Assembly: GCA_963701665.1 (NCBI GenBank)
Contig: OY969622.1
Coordinates: 505,159 to 569,158, forward strand
DNA length: 64,000 bases
Direction of reading: 5' to 3'
DNA from: Candidatus Babeliales bacterium
Lineage (GTDB): Bacteria > Babelota > Babeliae > Babelales > JANWKD01
Under the pieces are notes generated by a model. That model did no database searches and had not been told where the DNA came from. It saw only the letters and a program-made list of their open reading frames with translations. Shown piece after piece: positions 1-10,349 of the stretch. The number at the start of each line of letters is the position of its first letter. The stretch's first letter is position 1. The position numbers and the translations under genes were made by a program.

Positions 1-202
1 TTAATTACCTGTTATCAACTTTATTTATCAAATAAAGAATACAAAAATATTGAAATTTAATACGAAGATAAATTTTTTCGTTATCCTAATGAGCAATTAT
101 GCACATTCATGGTGTCACTGTTCGCGTGGCAATAGTTTCTTAATCTTAAAAATTTAAAGATTATCCAAGTACAGCAATTCTTTATCAAATAATGAATAAT
201 AA

Positions 203-240
203 ATAGTCCCCTGGAGAAATCCGGGGGGACTATTCGTTTT
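203..240 (+). terminator. Rho-independent terminator-like hairpin
   Basis: Stem atagtcccc (203-211) / ggggactat (225-233) followed by tcgtttt. It would terminate a + strand gene lying upstream of the window. Confidence 0.45.
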
Positions 241-401
241 AATAGTATTTATAATAGAACTGCCCTTTTCAAAGCAAAATAGACTCTAAATGATGAAAAA
301 TATTTAAAATCACATTGTGGCGGGAATATTCTTGCAAAAGAGAAACAACAAATACATTACTAGTCATAAGATGAATTTATAAATATGAGAGTAGATGAAG
401 T

Positions 402-1757
402 ATGAAGATAACTTTTTTGGGCGCTGTAGAAGAAGTAACGGGGTCAAAATATCTTGTCGAAGCTAATGATGTAAAAATCTTAGTTGATTGCGGGCTTTTT
501 CAAGGGGAGAAGCAGATTACGCAGCATAATTGGGATCCATTTCCCATAGCGGCTGAGAGCATTGATGCACTTGTATTAACGCACGCTCATATTGATCACA
601 CTGGTTATATACCTTTATTAATTAAAAATGGTTTTAAGGGCAACATATATTGTTCAAAAGCTACCCGTGAGTTGAGTGCTATCTTATTGCTTGATTGTGG
701 ATCTTTAATGGAAGAGGAAGTAAAACATAGAAATAAGAGACGAAAGCCACAGGATCCTGCCGCGGTGCCTTTATATACGAAACTTGATGCTGAGAATTCA
801 TTAAAATTTTTTCATGATGTTGATTATGATACTATGTTGAGTATCAAATCTTTAAAAGTTACGCTGATTCGATCGGGCCATATTCTTGGCTCTTCATTTG
901 TTATCGTATCAGATGGCGCGCAAACATTATCCTTTTCAGGTGATCTTGGCCGTCCTGAACAATATATCCAGAAATCTCCACCACATTTGAAAAAAACCGA
1001 TTTTTTAGTTCTTGAATCTACCTATGGCGATAGGCTGCATGAAAAAGGTGATCCTATAAAAGCTTTGGGGCAAATAGTAAATGAAGCAGTGAAAAAAGGA
1101 GGAGTTCTTTTGATACCTTCTTTTGTTGTAGAGCGGACACAAACAATGCTTTATTGTCTTTATCAATTAAAACAAAAACAAGCTATTCCCGATATTCCAA
1201 TTTTTTTAGATAGCCCGATGGGTATAGGTGTTACTGATTTGTATTGTAAGTTTAGTGAAGAACTTAAATTGTCAGCATCGTTGTGTAAGCAAATATTTTC
1301 TATCGCTACCTACATACGCACGGTGGAAGAATCGAAGCGGCTTGATCAGCTATCATCTCCTGCCATAATTATCGCAGGCAGTGGTATGGCAGAAGGGGGA
1401 CGCGTGATGTATCATTTACAACAATTGATTTCTGATCCTAAAAATACGGTAGCTTTTGTGGGCTATCAAGCACAAGGGACCCATGGACGACTTTTAGTCG
1501 ATGGTGCAAAAGAAATAAGAATATATGGCATGTCATGTACCGTTCGTGCAGCAATAAAAATGATAGATGGACTTTCTGCCCATGCTGATTATAAAGAAAT
1601 TATTGAGTGGCTCAGCTATTTTGAAAAGCCTCCTAAAAAAGTATTCCTTACTCATGGGCAACTAGAATCTGCTCAGTCGTTAAAAAATAAAATAGAGGAA
1701 CGTTTTGGTTGGGTTGTAGTAATCCCAAAGTATTTAGAATCGTTTAATTTAGATTAA
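402..1757 (+). CDS. MBL-fold beta-CASP family hydrolase (RNA-metabolising metallo-beta-lactamase type)
   Basis: 451-aa ORF with the HAHIDHTG (HxHxDH) motif and C-terminal SAHAD, typical of beta-CASP nucleases. Confidence 0.75.
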   Translation: MKITFLGAVEEVTGSKYLVEANDVKILVDCGLFQGEKQITQHNWDPFPIAAESIDALVLTHAHIDHTGYIPLLIKNGFKGNIYCSKATRELSAILLLDCGSLMEEEVKHRNKRRKPQDPAAVPLYTKLDAENSLKFFHDVDYDTMLSIKSLKVTLIRSGHILGSSFVIVSDGAQTLSFSGDLGRPEQYIQKSPPHLKKTDFLVLESTYGDRLHEKGDPIKALGQIVNEAVKKGGVLLIPSFVVERTQTMLYCLYQLKQKQAIPDIPIFLDSPMGIGVTDLYCKFSEELKLSASLCKQIFSIATYIRTVEESKRLDQLSSPAIIIAGSGMAEGGRVMYHLQQLISDPKNTVAFVGYQAQGTHGRLLVDGAKEIRIYGMSCTVRAAIKMIDGLSAHADYKEIIEWLSYFEKPPKKVFLTHGQLESAQSLKNKIEERFGWVVVIPKYLESFNLD

Positions 1758-1977
1758 ATTTTTTTTAATACAAATCTTAAAACGTTCGGATGCTTAAAAT
1801 ATGCTTCTCTATACGTAAAGATGCTCATTTTTTGTATTAATAACCGCTTATAAAAAATAAAAAATATTTTCATTTCTTATAATTTTTTTTAAATCGAAAA
1901 AATCCTTTAGAATACGCACTAGTTGGTTATTTTCGAGCAATTGGGCGATGGTTTCTTGTTGTTTTTTCTAATGCTAA

Positions 1978-1986
1978 TGCTATAAT
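1978..1986 (+). promoter_or_regulatory. Extended -10 promoter element (TGcTATAAT)
   Basis: tgctataat lies about 170 bp upstream of the 2155 ORF. No clear -35 element. Confidence 0.3.
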
Positions 1987-2154
1987 ACATTCAACATTAA
2001 AGGATTCTGTTAGTAATGAGCGGAAAAGCAGTGTTGTTCAACTAAAGTTCATACTACAAAAAGCCAAGGAGTCCTTTCATGAACATCCAATAATTTTACC
2101 TACATCATTTCGTATCTACATTTCTTATAATAGTATTTATTCAGAGGATGTATT

Positions 2155-2625
2155 ATGAATAAGGTATTATTATATTCATCGTTTCTGTTTTTTTTAGCAA
2201 AAGCAACGGAGATTACTAAAAAAGAAAGTCTCTCTGCTTCTCAAAAACTTGATAATGAATATTTCAAAATTCATGATTATGATGTGAATCATGTTTTACA
2301 TGCAATAAGCCATGATACTACCATTAAAAACTTTGAAACTTATGAAGGAATAAAAACACCTCAAATATCTCATGACGACTGCACGTTATCAGCTGAAGCT
2401 CACGCCAATAAAAACACCATGAAAAAAACAGCAGTTAGTTTCTGGCTCAGTAAACTTGCGGTTCATGTTATTGCACAAATTGTATATGCATTAGTCGCAG
2501 GAGCTACCTCACTTGTATATCCTCCAGCAGCACCTGTCGTCTATTGTTCGTTACAGTTAACCTTTGCTGCCCTCGTAGAATTTGCAAGTAATATGATCGC
2601 CTACGGCACACTGGTTGCATTTTAA
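2155..2625 (+). CDS. Hypothetical secreted/membrane protein
   Basis: 156-aa ORF with a hydrophobic N-terminus and a C-terminal hydrophobic segment. A strong terminator follows. Confidence 0.5.
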   Translation: MNKVLLYSSFLFFLAKATEITKKESLSASQKLDNEYFKIHDYDVNHVLHAISHDTTIKNFETYEGIKTPQISHDDCTLSAEAHANKNTMKKTAVSFWLSKLAVHVIAQIVYALVAGATSLVYPPAAPVVYCSLQLTFAALVEFASNMIAYGTLVAF

Positions 2626-2652
2626 TACAATAGCGTTGTATTACTAGCTGAG

Positions 2653-2698
2653 AAGCTACTCTCTTTATAAAAGATTTTTATAAAGAGAGTAGCTTTTT
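2653..2698 (+). terminator. Rho-independent terminator
   Basis: About 18-bp perfect stem aagctactctctttataa / ttataaagagagtagctt followed by a T-run. Confidence 0.75.
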
Positions 2699-2754
2699 AA
2701 TTGCATTATTGTTGCTATCATAAAATTTTGAACAATAACTTCACAGGGAGCAAA

Positions 2755-3435
2755 ATGGTGAGACGTACAATTTTTATATTGATAGTTCTTTTTTCTTTCG
2801 CAAATACGAGCACGCACTCATTTGATGCAATTATTAATTTAGGTGGCGACTGTCAGGTTGCTTACCAACTTTATATAACGGGATTGCGCAAATACGCACT
2901 TCCTTTTGATACCTTGATTACGCCGTACGCTTCTTTAAAAGCAATGCTCGAACGAGGTTTTGAAAATTTCATGCATCCTGATAATTTTGAACTGAGGGTT
3001 AACGAAAAGGGCGAGCAGTATATTTTGGATAAAACGTACGGCGCTCGTTTGCTGCATGATTTTAAATTAGAAGAAGATTTTTTAAAAAATTATGAAGAAA
3101 TAGCGGCAAAATATTTGAGGCGAATTGCGCGATTGATGCATCTACTTCACACAAGTGAACATCCACTTTTTATTCGCAAGGGACTTTCAAAAGAACAAGC
3201 TGCAGAACTGAGTGTTATGTTGTTTACTATGCGCGAGGGAAAGCCATTTTTGCTCGTTGCATTAGATGACACGCAAGAGATTGCGCTCGATTGGCAGGTA
3301 AAACGAGTGCGTAATTATTTTTTAAGACAACCGGAACCTTATACGTGGAAAGGTGATGCGCAGGCGTGGAAAGAAATTTTTCAAAAATTAGATTTGGAAA
3401 TGACCAATGCGGGTGATAGTTCAGACGAGCGTTAA
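2755..3435 (+). CDS. DUF1796-like protein (putative papain-like cysteine peptidase family), secreted
   Basis: N-terminal IINLGGDCQVAYQL...ALPFD resembles the DUF1796 signature. ATG 2755 is preceded by agggag; the track's TTG at 2701 is probably an over-extension. Confidence 0.5.
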   Translation: MVRRTIFILIVLFSFANTSTHSFDAIINLGGDCQVAYQLYITGLRKYALPFDTLITPYASLKAMLERGFENFMHPDNFELRVNEKGEQYILDKTYGARLLHDFKLEEDFLKNYEEIAAKYLRRIARLMHLLHTSEHPLFIRKGLSKEQAAELSVMLFTMREGKPFLLVALDDTQEIALDWQVKRVRNYFLRQPEPYTWKGDAQAWKEIFQKLDLEMTNAGDSSDER

Positions 3436-3440
3436 TCGTT

Positions 3441-3483
3441 AAAAAGATAACGAGCACCATACGTAGCGCTCGTTATCTTTTTA
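3441..3483. terminator. Bidirectional terminator between convergent genes
   Basis: Stem aagataacgagc (3444-3455) / gctcgttatctt (3468-3479), flanked by an A-run and a T-run. Confidence 0.7.
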
Positions 3484-3498
3484 CAAAGTCAAAAAATA

Positions 3499-4086
3499 TT
3501 ATGAATCTTGTGTTATTCGCTTCCAAAGAAAATAGCCAGGTATGGTAACCCCTGCAGTATATGCAGCCCATCCTGCAGCTTTTCTTGCGTAAAGAATACT
3601 GTTCATCCTTTTTTGAACAGGAGTATATGCCCGTTGATTATCTTCATCATCAGCCATGTAATGTTGACCTTGAGATTTTGGATCTATTGATCGTGGTGGT
3701 TTTATTGTGTAACCGTATGCACTGCCCATTATCGTTGCAAGAAGAACACTAGCAGTAGCTATACCAAAAGGTTTAATAAGTTCTGAGGAATCTAATTTTT
3801 GCCATGGGCCACTGCGCATGGCAAAGCCGGCTGCTGCTCCTGCACTCAAGAATTCTTTCCAGCGATTTCCAAAAAAAATTTTATGCATAAATGGAAATCT
3901 TTGGCCATTAGGTGGAGTAGGTAGTGCAGCATGTAAAAGGCGGCTATGAGCATAAGATCCCACGCCAACTGCTACTGTTGTACCTGCTATGATTATGCCA
4001 GTTTCTTTTATATCCATTGCATTGATTTGTTGAGCACTAAGAGTAAGCATCAATAAAGCATACAAGTATGATGTTCTTTTTATCAT
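3499..4086 (-). CDS. Hypothetical membrane protein with signal peptide
   Basis: 195-aa ORF. N-terminal MIKRTSYLYALLMLTLSAQQINA, and Gly/Ala-rich hydrophobic segments. Confidence 0.55.
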   Translation of the reverse strand: MIKRTSYLYALLMLTLSAQQINAMDIKETGIIIAGTTVAVGVGSYAHSRLLHAALPTPPNGQRFPFMHKIFFGNRWKEFLSAGAAAGFAMRSGPWQKLDSSELIKPFGIATASVLLATIMGSAYGYTIKPPRSIDPKSQGQHYMADDEDNQRAYTPVQKRMNSILYARKAAGWAAYTAGVTIPGYFLWKRITQDS

Positions 4087-4255
4087 GAGACATCCTTAGA
4101 TGAATGAGTTTGTTATGTGAATACTATTATTATAAGGATAAATTTTTTATTTCATATTGTAAATGGTTATTTATGTACTATCGTTCTTAGATCTTGCTTT
4201 TGCTATCAGCATATTTTTATTGTTATAAAAGATAGTTTTTTGTGGAGAGTAAGTA

Positions 4256-6154
4256 ATGATACAAAGAATTTTCATAATTTTTTATTTGATTTCATTTTCT
4301 TTAAGTTTTTCAATGAATGAACCGCGTGAGATTAAATATGTGCCGCGCGGGATGATAATTTTATTGGATGAATCTGAGCAAGGTGCAGGCGCATTAACAT
4401 CAGCTCTTTTTGTAGCACTTGCAGAAAAAGCTGGTCCTCTATTAGTATCAGCAACATTGCTTTCAAATGTTTTCTCAATATACGATCAAGCTCGCAACAA
4501 TCAATATTCATTTAGTGAGCTTGTAAAGTTAGCTGACACCGATCAGAATATCCGTAGAATTGCCTATTTTATAGCCACGAAATTTGATAAAAATGAATGG
4601 ATTTTTAAAAAAGTAAGTGAATACTTATATCTATTGCTACCAAAATCCTTATGGTCAACGCATGGTGGAATTCCTCATGAGCAGCTTGTGCGCTATGACC
4701 CGCGCAACATTTCGCGCGCTGAATTAAGATTGGGTCTTAAAGTTAATCATTTCAAAACAATACCATTTGAAGATATTCTTAAGCTTTCGGTCGCGCGCCA
4801 AAATGATACTAATTATTTTATTGATGCACTCGTTCCGAAAGCCAAGCAAGAATTCTCTTTGTTTTGCACCCGTTTAGATTATAGAAATCGTGGTGCCACC
4901 GAGATCCCGCTATGGTCTTTTTTTATTAATGGACATGGACAAATTCCTATTAGTGGTAAAGGAAATATTCTGTCCATAAGTTATGAAATTTTTAAAAAGG
5001 TACTTGATTTTTTTGATATCAATATTTCGACACAGCTTGTGGCATATTTGTCCTGTTTTGCGGCAGAAGAGGTTACAGAAAAGATTTTCTATGATATGAC
5101 AAGTTTGCTACAAAGAACTTACTCATATGCCATTATGAGCGGAGCTCTTGTAGAATCACCAACAAAATCAAATACAAGATTGGAAGCAGTAGATGATATA
5201 TCATTGAATTTAAGTTCTACTATTAATTTCAGTGCTTTCTTGGCGTTGATTCAGTCAACACAAGGTATTAATTATGCTCAGGTTGCACAAGCACTTTTTT
5301 CAAAGAATGTTACTGAGGGTATTTATTGGACAAATACGCCTCTTATAAAACTACCCGGACTAGAATGGTTTACGTTAGTTGAGAATATTAGAGATGTTAG
5401 TAAAGAGCTTCCTCCTAAAGAAGCTGCTAAGCAAGCCGCTGCTCTAGAGGCTACGAAAGAAATCGTCTCCATTGGTTCTATTTTGGCGCAAACGCGTGGT
5501 AATAGACCGCTTGATGTCGTACATTTTTTTAGGACAGACCCCAAAGCTATTTTGCTCTATGCTCCCTCGTTACCATTTGAACTTGTTCTTAATTCTCAAA
5601 ATCTTCAAGCAATAATTTCTATGATTCCCGGTGATGCGTTGCATAGCATAAAGAAAATTAGCTCTAAGACAAAAAGTGCTGATGAGCTTTTAGATGCTTT
5701 TATGAAAATTGAGGAACTTGCACCCAAAAAAATATTTTTTATAGAACAATTAAATGACCTTAAGAACATCATTATTTATAATGAAAATGTTCCTATTAGA
5801 TTGGAATTGGCGCCAGGTATCGTTGCAGAAATTGCACCTGGGACACAACATTGCTACGCCTTATATGAAATCAAAAATGTTTTATATAAGAAAATGTTGA
5901 AGCAACCCGCGGCTCGAGAATCTGATAGCGTGACTATAAAACTTTATCGTGCATTATTGAAAGATGCGCAGGCTGCTATAAATCTCAAAACAGGATCACC
6001 TTTGAGCAAACAGGATTTTGAACATATGGAAACATTGATTAGAAGAGCATTTGAAAAGAAGAAAACACAGCGAGCAGATTTAGAAGGGCCTTTAGCTCAT
6101 TTGGCGCAAACATTGCAAAACTTATCTAAAGCATTGCAAAAAATAGAATATTAA
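4256..6154 (+). CDS. Hypothetical secreted protein (632 aa)
   Basis: Long ORF with an N-terminal signal-like FIIFYLISFSLSFS. No recognisable domain. Confidence 0.6.
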   Translation: MIQRIFIIFYLISFSLSFSMNEPREIKYVPRGMIILLDESEQGAGALTSALFVALAEKAGPLLVSATLLSNVFSIYDQARNNQYSFSELVKLADTDQNIRRIAYFIATKFDKNEWIFKKVSEYLYLLLPKSLWSTHGGIPHEQLVRYDPRNISRAELRLGLKVNHFKTIPFEDILKLSVARQNDTNYFIDALVPKAKQEFSLFCTRLDYRNRGATEIPLWSFFINGHGQIPISGKGNILSISYEIFKKVLDFFDINISTQLVAYLSCFAAEEVTEKIFYDMTSLLQRTYSYAIMSGALVESPTKSNTRLEAVDDISLNLSSTINFSAFLALIQSTQGINYAQVAQALFSKNVTEGIYWTNTPLIKLPGLEWFTLVENIRDVSKELPPKEAAKQAAALEATKEIVSIGSILAQTRGNRPLDVVHFFRTDPKAILLYAPSLPFELVLNSQNLQAIISMIPGDALHSIKKISSKTKSADELLDAFMKIEELAPKKIFFIEQLNDLKNIIIYNENVPIRLELAPGIVAEIAPGTQHCYALYEIKNVLYKKMLKQPAARESDSVTIKLYRALLKDAQAAINLKTGSPLSKQDFEHMETLIRRAFEKKKTQRADLEGPLAHLAQTLQNLSKALQKIEY

Positions 6155-6166
6155 AATCTGGGAGAT

Positions 6167-7348
6167 CTATTTTTTTGCCAAAAGCATAATCATTGAGATG
6201 ACACTAAGAAGTATTGCAAAAACAAAGCCACTGAGCGGCGAAATAAAGCTCCATAATCCGCCTACAATGCTGCTTGAAAGCAGATCTCCAATGCCGTCGA
6301 TTGTTTGAAGGATACCAAAACCAGTACCGCGTACTTGTTCCGGCAAAAGAATAGCTGCGTGCGCTTTTTCTAAAGTTTTTACCGTACCTGCACTGACTCC
6401 TGCGAATACAAAAAGTATACCCCACCATATAATGGAACTTGTATGCATCATACAACCTAAGCAGGTGACGGCAAATAGCCCTAAACCAAACAATGCTAAA
6501 AGGTTTTTGCGATTATAATAATCGCTTAATGCTCCAATACCAAACTCACTAATGCCGCGGCTAATATTGAAGATACTGTAAAAAATAAGTACCCAACTTG
6601 TTGTTATAAATGAAGATGCGTGCGCGCCTATTATTTCTTGCGCGCGATATAATAAAAGGGCTTGATTAAAATTTCCTATACCAAAAATAAACATAACAAA
6701 AAGAAAATATTTAAATTGACGAGGGAGTTGCATCACACTTTGTACAAACGAGTGCGTAGGTTTTAAACGCGTGCGTTCTTTTTGTTCGCGCGTTAGAAAG
6801 ATTATAGGAACGATCGAAAGAATACCCGGAATGAAGGCGAACAAAAAAATTGAGCGTACCGGCACAGCAAGATGTAAAAGGATAAACGCGCACAAGGGCC
6901 CACATAATGCGCCCAGCGTATCGCATGCGCGTTGGAATCCGAACGCGTGGCCAAGATATTGTCGCGGAATTATTTTTGCAATCCAAGTATCACGCAATGG
7001 CTCTCGCAATCCGCGTCCCATCCATGCAATAGTTTTATAGAGAAGAATGATCCACACAGATGTTGTAGTGCCAATAAAGGCTACAAAAACGGTCAATCCA
7101 TAACCAATAATCAAAAATGGTTTGTAATAAGATACGCGATCTGCAAGATACCCAGAAACAAGTTTCATGATTGTTGATGCTGCATCGGATATGCCTTGAA
7201 TAAGTCCTAATGCCGTTGGCGCATATATGCTTGCAACAAGTTCATTGATAAATCGTGGCAATAATGCTGTTACCATTTCATGACAAAAATCATTAAAAAA
7301 GCTTGCTAGACTAAAACCAACGATATTTTTGGTAAGCCATTTTTTCAT
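6167..7348 (-). CDS. MFS transporter
   Basis: About 12 predicted hydrophobic helices and an MFS-like N-terminus GFSLASFFNDFCHEM. ATG 7348 is preceded by ggagaa. Confidence 0.8.
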   Translation of the reverse strand: MKKWLTKNIVGFSLASFFNDFCHEMVTALLPRFINELVASIYAPTALGLIQGISDAASTIMKLVSGYLADRVSYYKPFLIIGYGLTVFVAFIGTTTSVWIILLYKTIAWMGRGLREPLRDTWIAKIIPRQYLGHAFGFQRACDTLGALCGPLCAFILLHLAVPVRSIFLFAFIPGILSIVPIIFLTREQKERTRLKPTHSFVQSVMQLPRQFKYFLFVMFIFGIGNFNQALLLYRAQEIIGAHASSFITTSWVLIFYSIFNISRGISEFGIGALSDYYNRKNLLALFGLGLFAVTCLGCMMHTSSIIWWGILFVFAGVSAGTVKTLEKAHAAILLPEQVRGTGFGILQTIDGIGDLLSSSIVGGLWSFISPLSGFVFAILLSVISMIMLLAKK

Positions 7349-7405
7349 GCAGAGTTCTCCTTTAAAGCATGATAAAAAAATGCAAAGAACATTAAAGGCC
7401 AAGTT

Positions 7406-7508
7406 GTCATCCCGAGGCTTTAGCCGTGGGGATCCAAAATTTAATTAATTCATTAAAGGATTTATTAAAATTTGGATTGCCACGCCAACTAAGTTGGCTC
7501 GCAATGAC
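7406..7508. repeat. Palindromic MITE-like repeat, copy A (gtcat...atgac family)
   Basis: gtcatcccgaggctttagccgtggggatcc ... AT-rich centre ... ggattgccacgcc..ggctcgcaatgac. Related copies lie at 19665, 23527, 39163 and 45191. Confidence 0.8.
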
Positions 7509-7542
7509 GATCTTGTTCATATCATTAGCCCTGCAATTACCG

Positions 7543-8568
7543 TTACTCCGATTTCTTTGTGAGCAGTTGATTGATTTTTTTAACAAGATCATCAAGGACG
7601 CTTAATAAGCTTTTTGCTTGCGCAAATATAATTATTGATGCTTTATCATTGGTTAATGATAGTTTCTTGAAATGAAACTCAGTAATCATATGCGGGTAGG
7701 CTGTCTGTAATCCTTCAATAATTTCTTTGCTTGCAGTAAGGATACGTGTACGTTCCCTGACAGAAATCGATTTTATCGCTTCATGCTCAAGTTGATATTG
7801 CATTTTTTTAAGTACATCGACGATTGCAGCAGCTTTTGAAACCTCATCATGATGCATAGTTTTTAAACATTTTGAATTAAAGACGTTAGTAATGGTAATG
7901 AAATATAAAAGCTCTTGCGTTGAAAGACGTTCTTTTTTGGCACTATTTTTTGCTTCATAATAACTGTTAAAGAACTCTTTATAACAAGGGAAAAGATCTT
8001 TAATGGACGGTGGGTTTTTGGTATACCATTCATCCGGTGTTGGCAGGCCTATATCGATTTTTTGTAATGCAACGCCGATAATGCTTTTCATTTTTTGTTC
8101 ATGCGATGTAATTTCACGTTTAAGTTGATGAATATATTGATAATCAGAGGATGATAGGCCATTTTTAAATGCCGGCATAAGTGAACGCTTTTTTTCAAAG
8201 ACTGATGCAAATTTTTTGTGTAAAGTACGCAAACTATTTTTTATAAAATCGTTTGTTTTGTCCATGTCTGTGCAGTATTGTTTATAGGATTCAAAAGTAT
8301 GTTGATGATCAGCAAGATGAGTAATATAAAGATGATCGCATGCAAACATTGCATCCCAGGCGCGTATCTTTTCCGGATTAAGATTATTTTTGATAAGATC
8401 TTCGGTATCGAACGCGCTAATTTTTGCCGTGTCAATCATACCAAAGAGGCTGAATGGCGTTGCTTGTTCAATTTTGTTTTGCGTTTCACTATCACAGTCT
8501 CCACAAAACAAAGAGAGGTGTGCAAACGCAACAAGAAAGGTTATGACACTTTTATATGAATTATTCAT
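7543..8568 (-). CDS. Hypothetical secreted protein
   Basis: ORF 7543-8592. The internal ATG at 8568 has a gggaagga SD and starts a signal-like peptide MNNSYKSVITFLVAFAHLSLFCG. Confidence 0.6.
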   Translation of the reverse strand: MNNSYKSVITFLVAFAHLSLFCGDCDSETQNKIEQATPFSLFGMIDTAKISAFDTEDLIKNNLNPEKIRAWDAMFACDHLYITHLADHQHTFESYKQYCTDMDKTNDFIKNSLRTLHKKFASVFEKKRSLMPAFKNGLSSSDYQYIHQLKREITSHEQKMKSIIGVALQKIDIGLPTPDEWYTKNPPSIKDLFPCYKEFFNSYYEAKNSAKKERLSTQELLYFITITNVFNSKCLKTMHHDEVSKAAAIVDVLKKMQYQLEHEAIKSISVRERTRILTASKEIIEGLQTAYPHMITEFHFKKLSLTNDKASIIIFAQAKSLLSVLDDLVKKINQLLTKKSE

Positions 8569-8669
8569 AAAAAAATCCTTCCCTGAAAACATTTATCTAA
8601 TTTTTTTCTATTTTATAATAGCAAATTAAGTTTTATGAAAGCAATGATTGGGAATGTGCGTAGTAAATA

Positions 8670-8700
8670 AAAAAGGCCAGAATGAACTGGCCTAATAAAA
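8670..8700 (-). terminator. Terminator hairpin downstream of the paralog array
   Basis: Stem ggccag (8675-8680) / ctggcc (8687-8692) with a T-run on the minus strand. Confidence 0.5.
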
Positions 8701-8717
8701 AAATTATTAAAGTAGTA

Positions 8718-9191
8718 TTACTGAACTGAAAGCTTTTTGCCATCAAAGGTGACAGTATATTTTTTTTGAGTAGGATTTGTTATTTTTACAGGTTGAACGT
8801 TAGGAACATTCAATTCAATAACAAGAGTGTCAGTAGCAATAGTGTTATTGCTGTAGTAGGTCGTCCACTCTAATGGTGTTATTCCTCCAACAAGTACATC
8901 GTCACCTGGATTGAATATATTTGAGGATTTAGATGGTTTTAATGTGTACTGCAGGCCTAATTTAGGCATACAACCATGATAATCACAATCGCCTCCTTGG
9001 AGTTCGCATGGTTGATTAAGCGGAAGTTTTGTTAGCTTGCAATTGGGTACACTGTAATAAAGTGAAACCTTAATAGGATATTTCGTATTATTGACGATGG
9101 TACTTTTTGTCCAAGATGCAGGCTCAAAATAGGCAGCATTAGCGATATTTATTGAGTACAAGGCTACTATTAAAACATATTTTAACTTCAT
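8718..9191 (-). CDS. Small secreted protein, tandem paralog 3 of 3
   Basis: MKLKYVL signal peptide. Shares STIVNNTKYP(I/V)KVSLYYS and C-terminal KKYTV.FDGKKL.V with 9200-9682. Confidence 0.7.
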   Translation of the reverse strand: MKLKYVLIVALYSINIANAAYFEPASWTKSTIVNNTKYPIKVSLYYSVPNCKLTKLPLNQPCELQGGDCDYHGCMPKLGLQYTLKPSKSSNIFNPGDDVLVGGITPLEWTTYYSNNTIATDTLVIELNVPNVQPVKITNPTQKKYTVTFDGKKLSVQ

Positions 9192-9199
9192 TATTTCTC

Positions 9200-9682
9200 C
9201 TATTTTAAAGGTGATTGGGTGACGGTAAGTTTTTTACCATCAAAATTGACGGTATATTTTTTTATTCCAGGATTATCAATTTGTACCGGTGCAACTGTTG
9301 AATTACCAGATAATTCAATAATGATTGCATCAGTGCCTCTTGCCCGACCTGCTATATCTATTTTACCCTCGATGACAGCATCGGAAGGACTCAAAACTGG
9401 ATTGGCCATACTCGATGCTTTTAAAGTATATTGTTGAGATGAATTTGGGACACAAGGCGGAAATTGATTATAATCACATGTTCCCCCGCGTACTGAGCAA
9501 GGTTTTCCTGTTGTTACATCTACCAATGTGCAACCAGGTATACTATAATATAATGATACTTTTACAGGATATTTTGTGTTATTTACGATAGTACTTCTTG
9601 TCCAAGGTGCATAATAATCTTTAGCGTTAACCTTAATACTTATTAAGCATAAGGCTGCCGCTAAAACATATTTTAACTTCAT
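9200..9682 (-). CDS. Small secreted protein, tandem paralog 2 of 3
   Basis: Clear paralog of 8718-9191. The upstream aggagaaataATG context is identical. Confidence 0.7.
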   Translation of the reverse strand: MKLKYVLAAALCLISIKVNAKDYYAPWTRSTIVNNTKYPVKVSLYYSIPGCTLVDVTTGKPCSVRGGTCDYNQFPPCVPNSSQQYTLKASSMANPVLSPSDAVIEGKIDIAGRARGTDAIIIELSGNSTVAPVQIDNPGIKKYTVNFDGKKLTVTQSPLK

Positions 9683-9700
9683 TATTTCTCCTTGTTTTAT

Positions 9701-10114
9701 TTATTGAACGGTCAGCTTTCCTTTTTTATCCATTGAAACTTGATAATGCTTTTTTTGTGGGTCAGTAATTTTTACTTGTTGTGTAGATGGCGGTGCTAGC
9801 ATCTCAATAATTAAATTATTTCCTGACATAGAGACGGCAGAATTATTTCCAGGGATTGGGAATTTTGATATTGCATTATTAAATTCTTCTTGCTCTTTCG
9901 GTGTTGAGTCTGCAGTAAGAAGCAATATCGGTATAGTTTTGTTTGAATCTAAATAGTATTTTCGTCCTTCTCCATTATAAGTAACAGTTATAGCAAGTGT
10001 AAAAAAGGTATTGTTCGTGAGGCTACTTTTATAAAAAGATGTATCTTTTGATGCACCATTAATATGTATTATTAACAGTAAAGATAAAGCTGGATATATA
10101 TATTTAACCCTCAT
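9701..10114 (-). CDS. Small secreted protein, tandem paralog 1 of 3 (divergent, Cys-less)
   Basis: Signal peptide. Conserved NNT... and C-terminal VKITDPQKKHYQVSMDKKGKLTVQ. Confidence 0.6.
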   Translation of the reverse strand: MRVKYIYPALSLLLIIHINGASKDTSFYKSSLTNNTFFTLAITVTYNGEGRKYYLDSNKTIPILLLTADSTPKEQEEFNNAISKFPIPGNNSAVSMSGNNLIIEMLAPPSTQQVKITDPQKKHYQVSMDKKGKLTVQ

Positions 10115-10214
10115 AGGACTCCTTAAGGTTGATTTCAGGTAAAAACACCATTAAAGCCACTCTATAAAGGTACCATTAATTAAGGCATAAAATCGACAGA
10201 TTTTTAAATAAAAG

Positions 10215-10242
10215 TTGACAAATTGAAAAAAATATCTATAAT
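10215..10242 (+). promoter_or_regulatory. Sigma70-like promoter for rpmE-prfA
   Basis: TTGACA (10215-10220), 16-nt spacer, TATAAT (10237-10242). Confidence 0.55.
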
Positions 10243-10349
10243 TAACCTATAAAAGCCTTGAAAAATGCTTTTTGAACTATACCCAACTCTATGCTATACT
10301 GAACGCTATATTTTTAGGGTAAAGAAACTATAAAATGAGGATTAATACT

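Noticed and set aside
4117-4320. A 67-aa ORF overlapping the start of 4256-6154.
   Set aside because: The peptide comes from an AT-rich upstream region and has low complexity (Phe/Ile/Asn rich). It overlaps the better-supported secreted-protein start.
7407-7595. ORFs of 62-74 aa lying in the palindromic repeats (7407-7595, 19455-19679, 23431-23652), with similar peptides such as ...RGNP..N...ELIKFWIPT...
   Set aside because: Their similarity comes from translating the same repeat DNA. They span repeat arms and the AT-rich centre, and they lack SD or start context. They are most likely non-coding.
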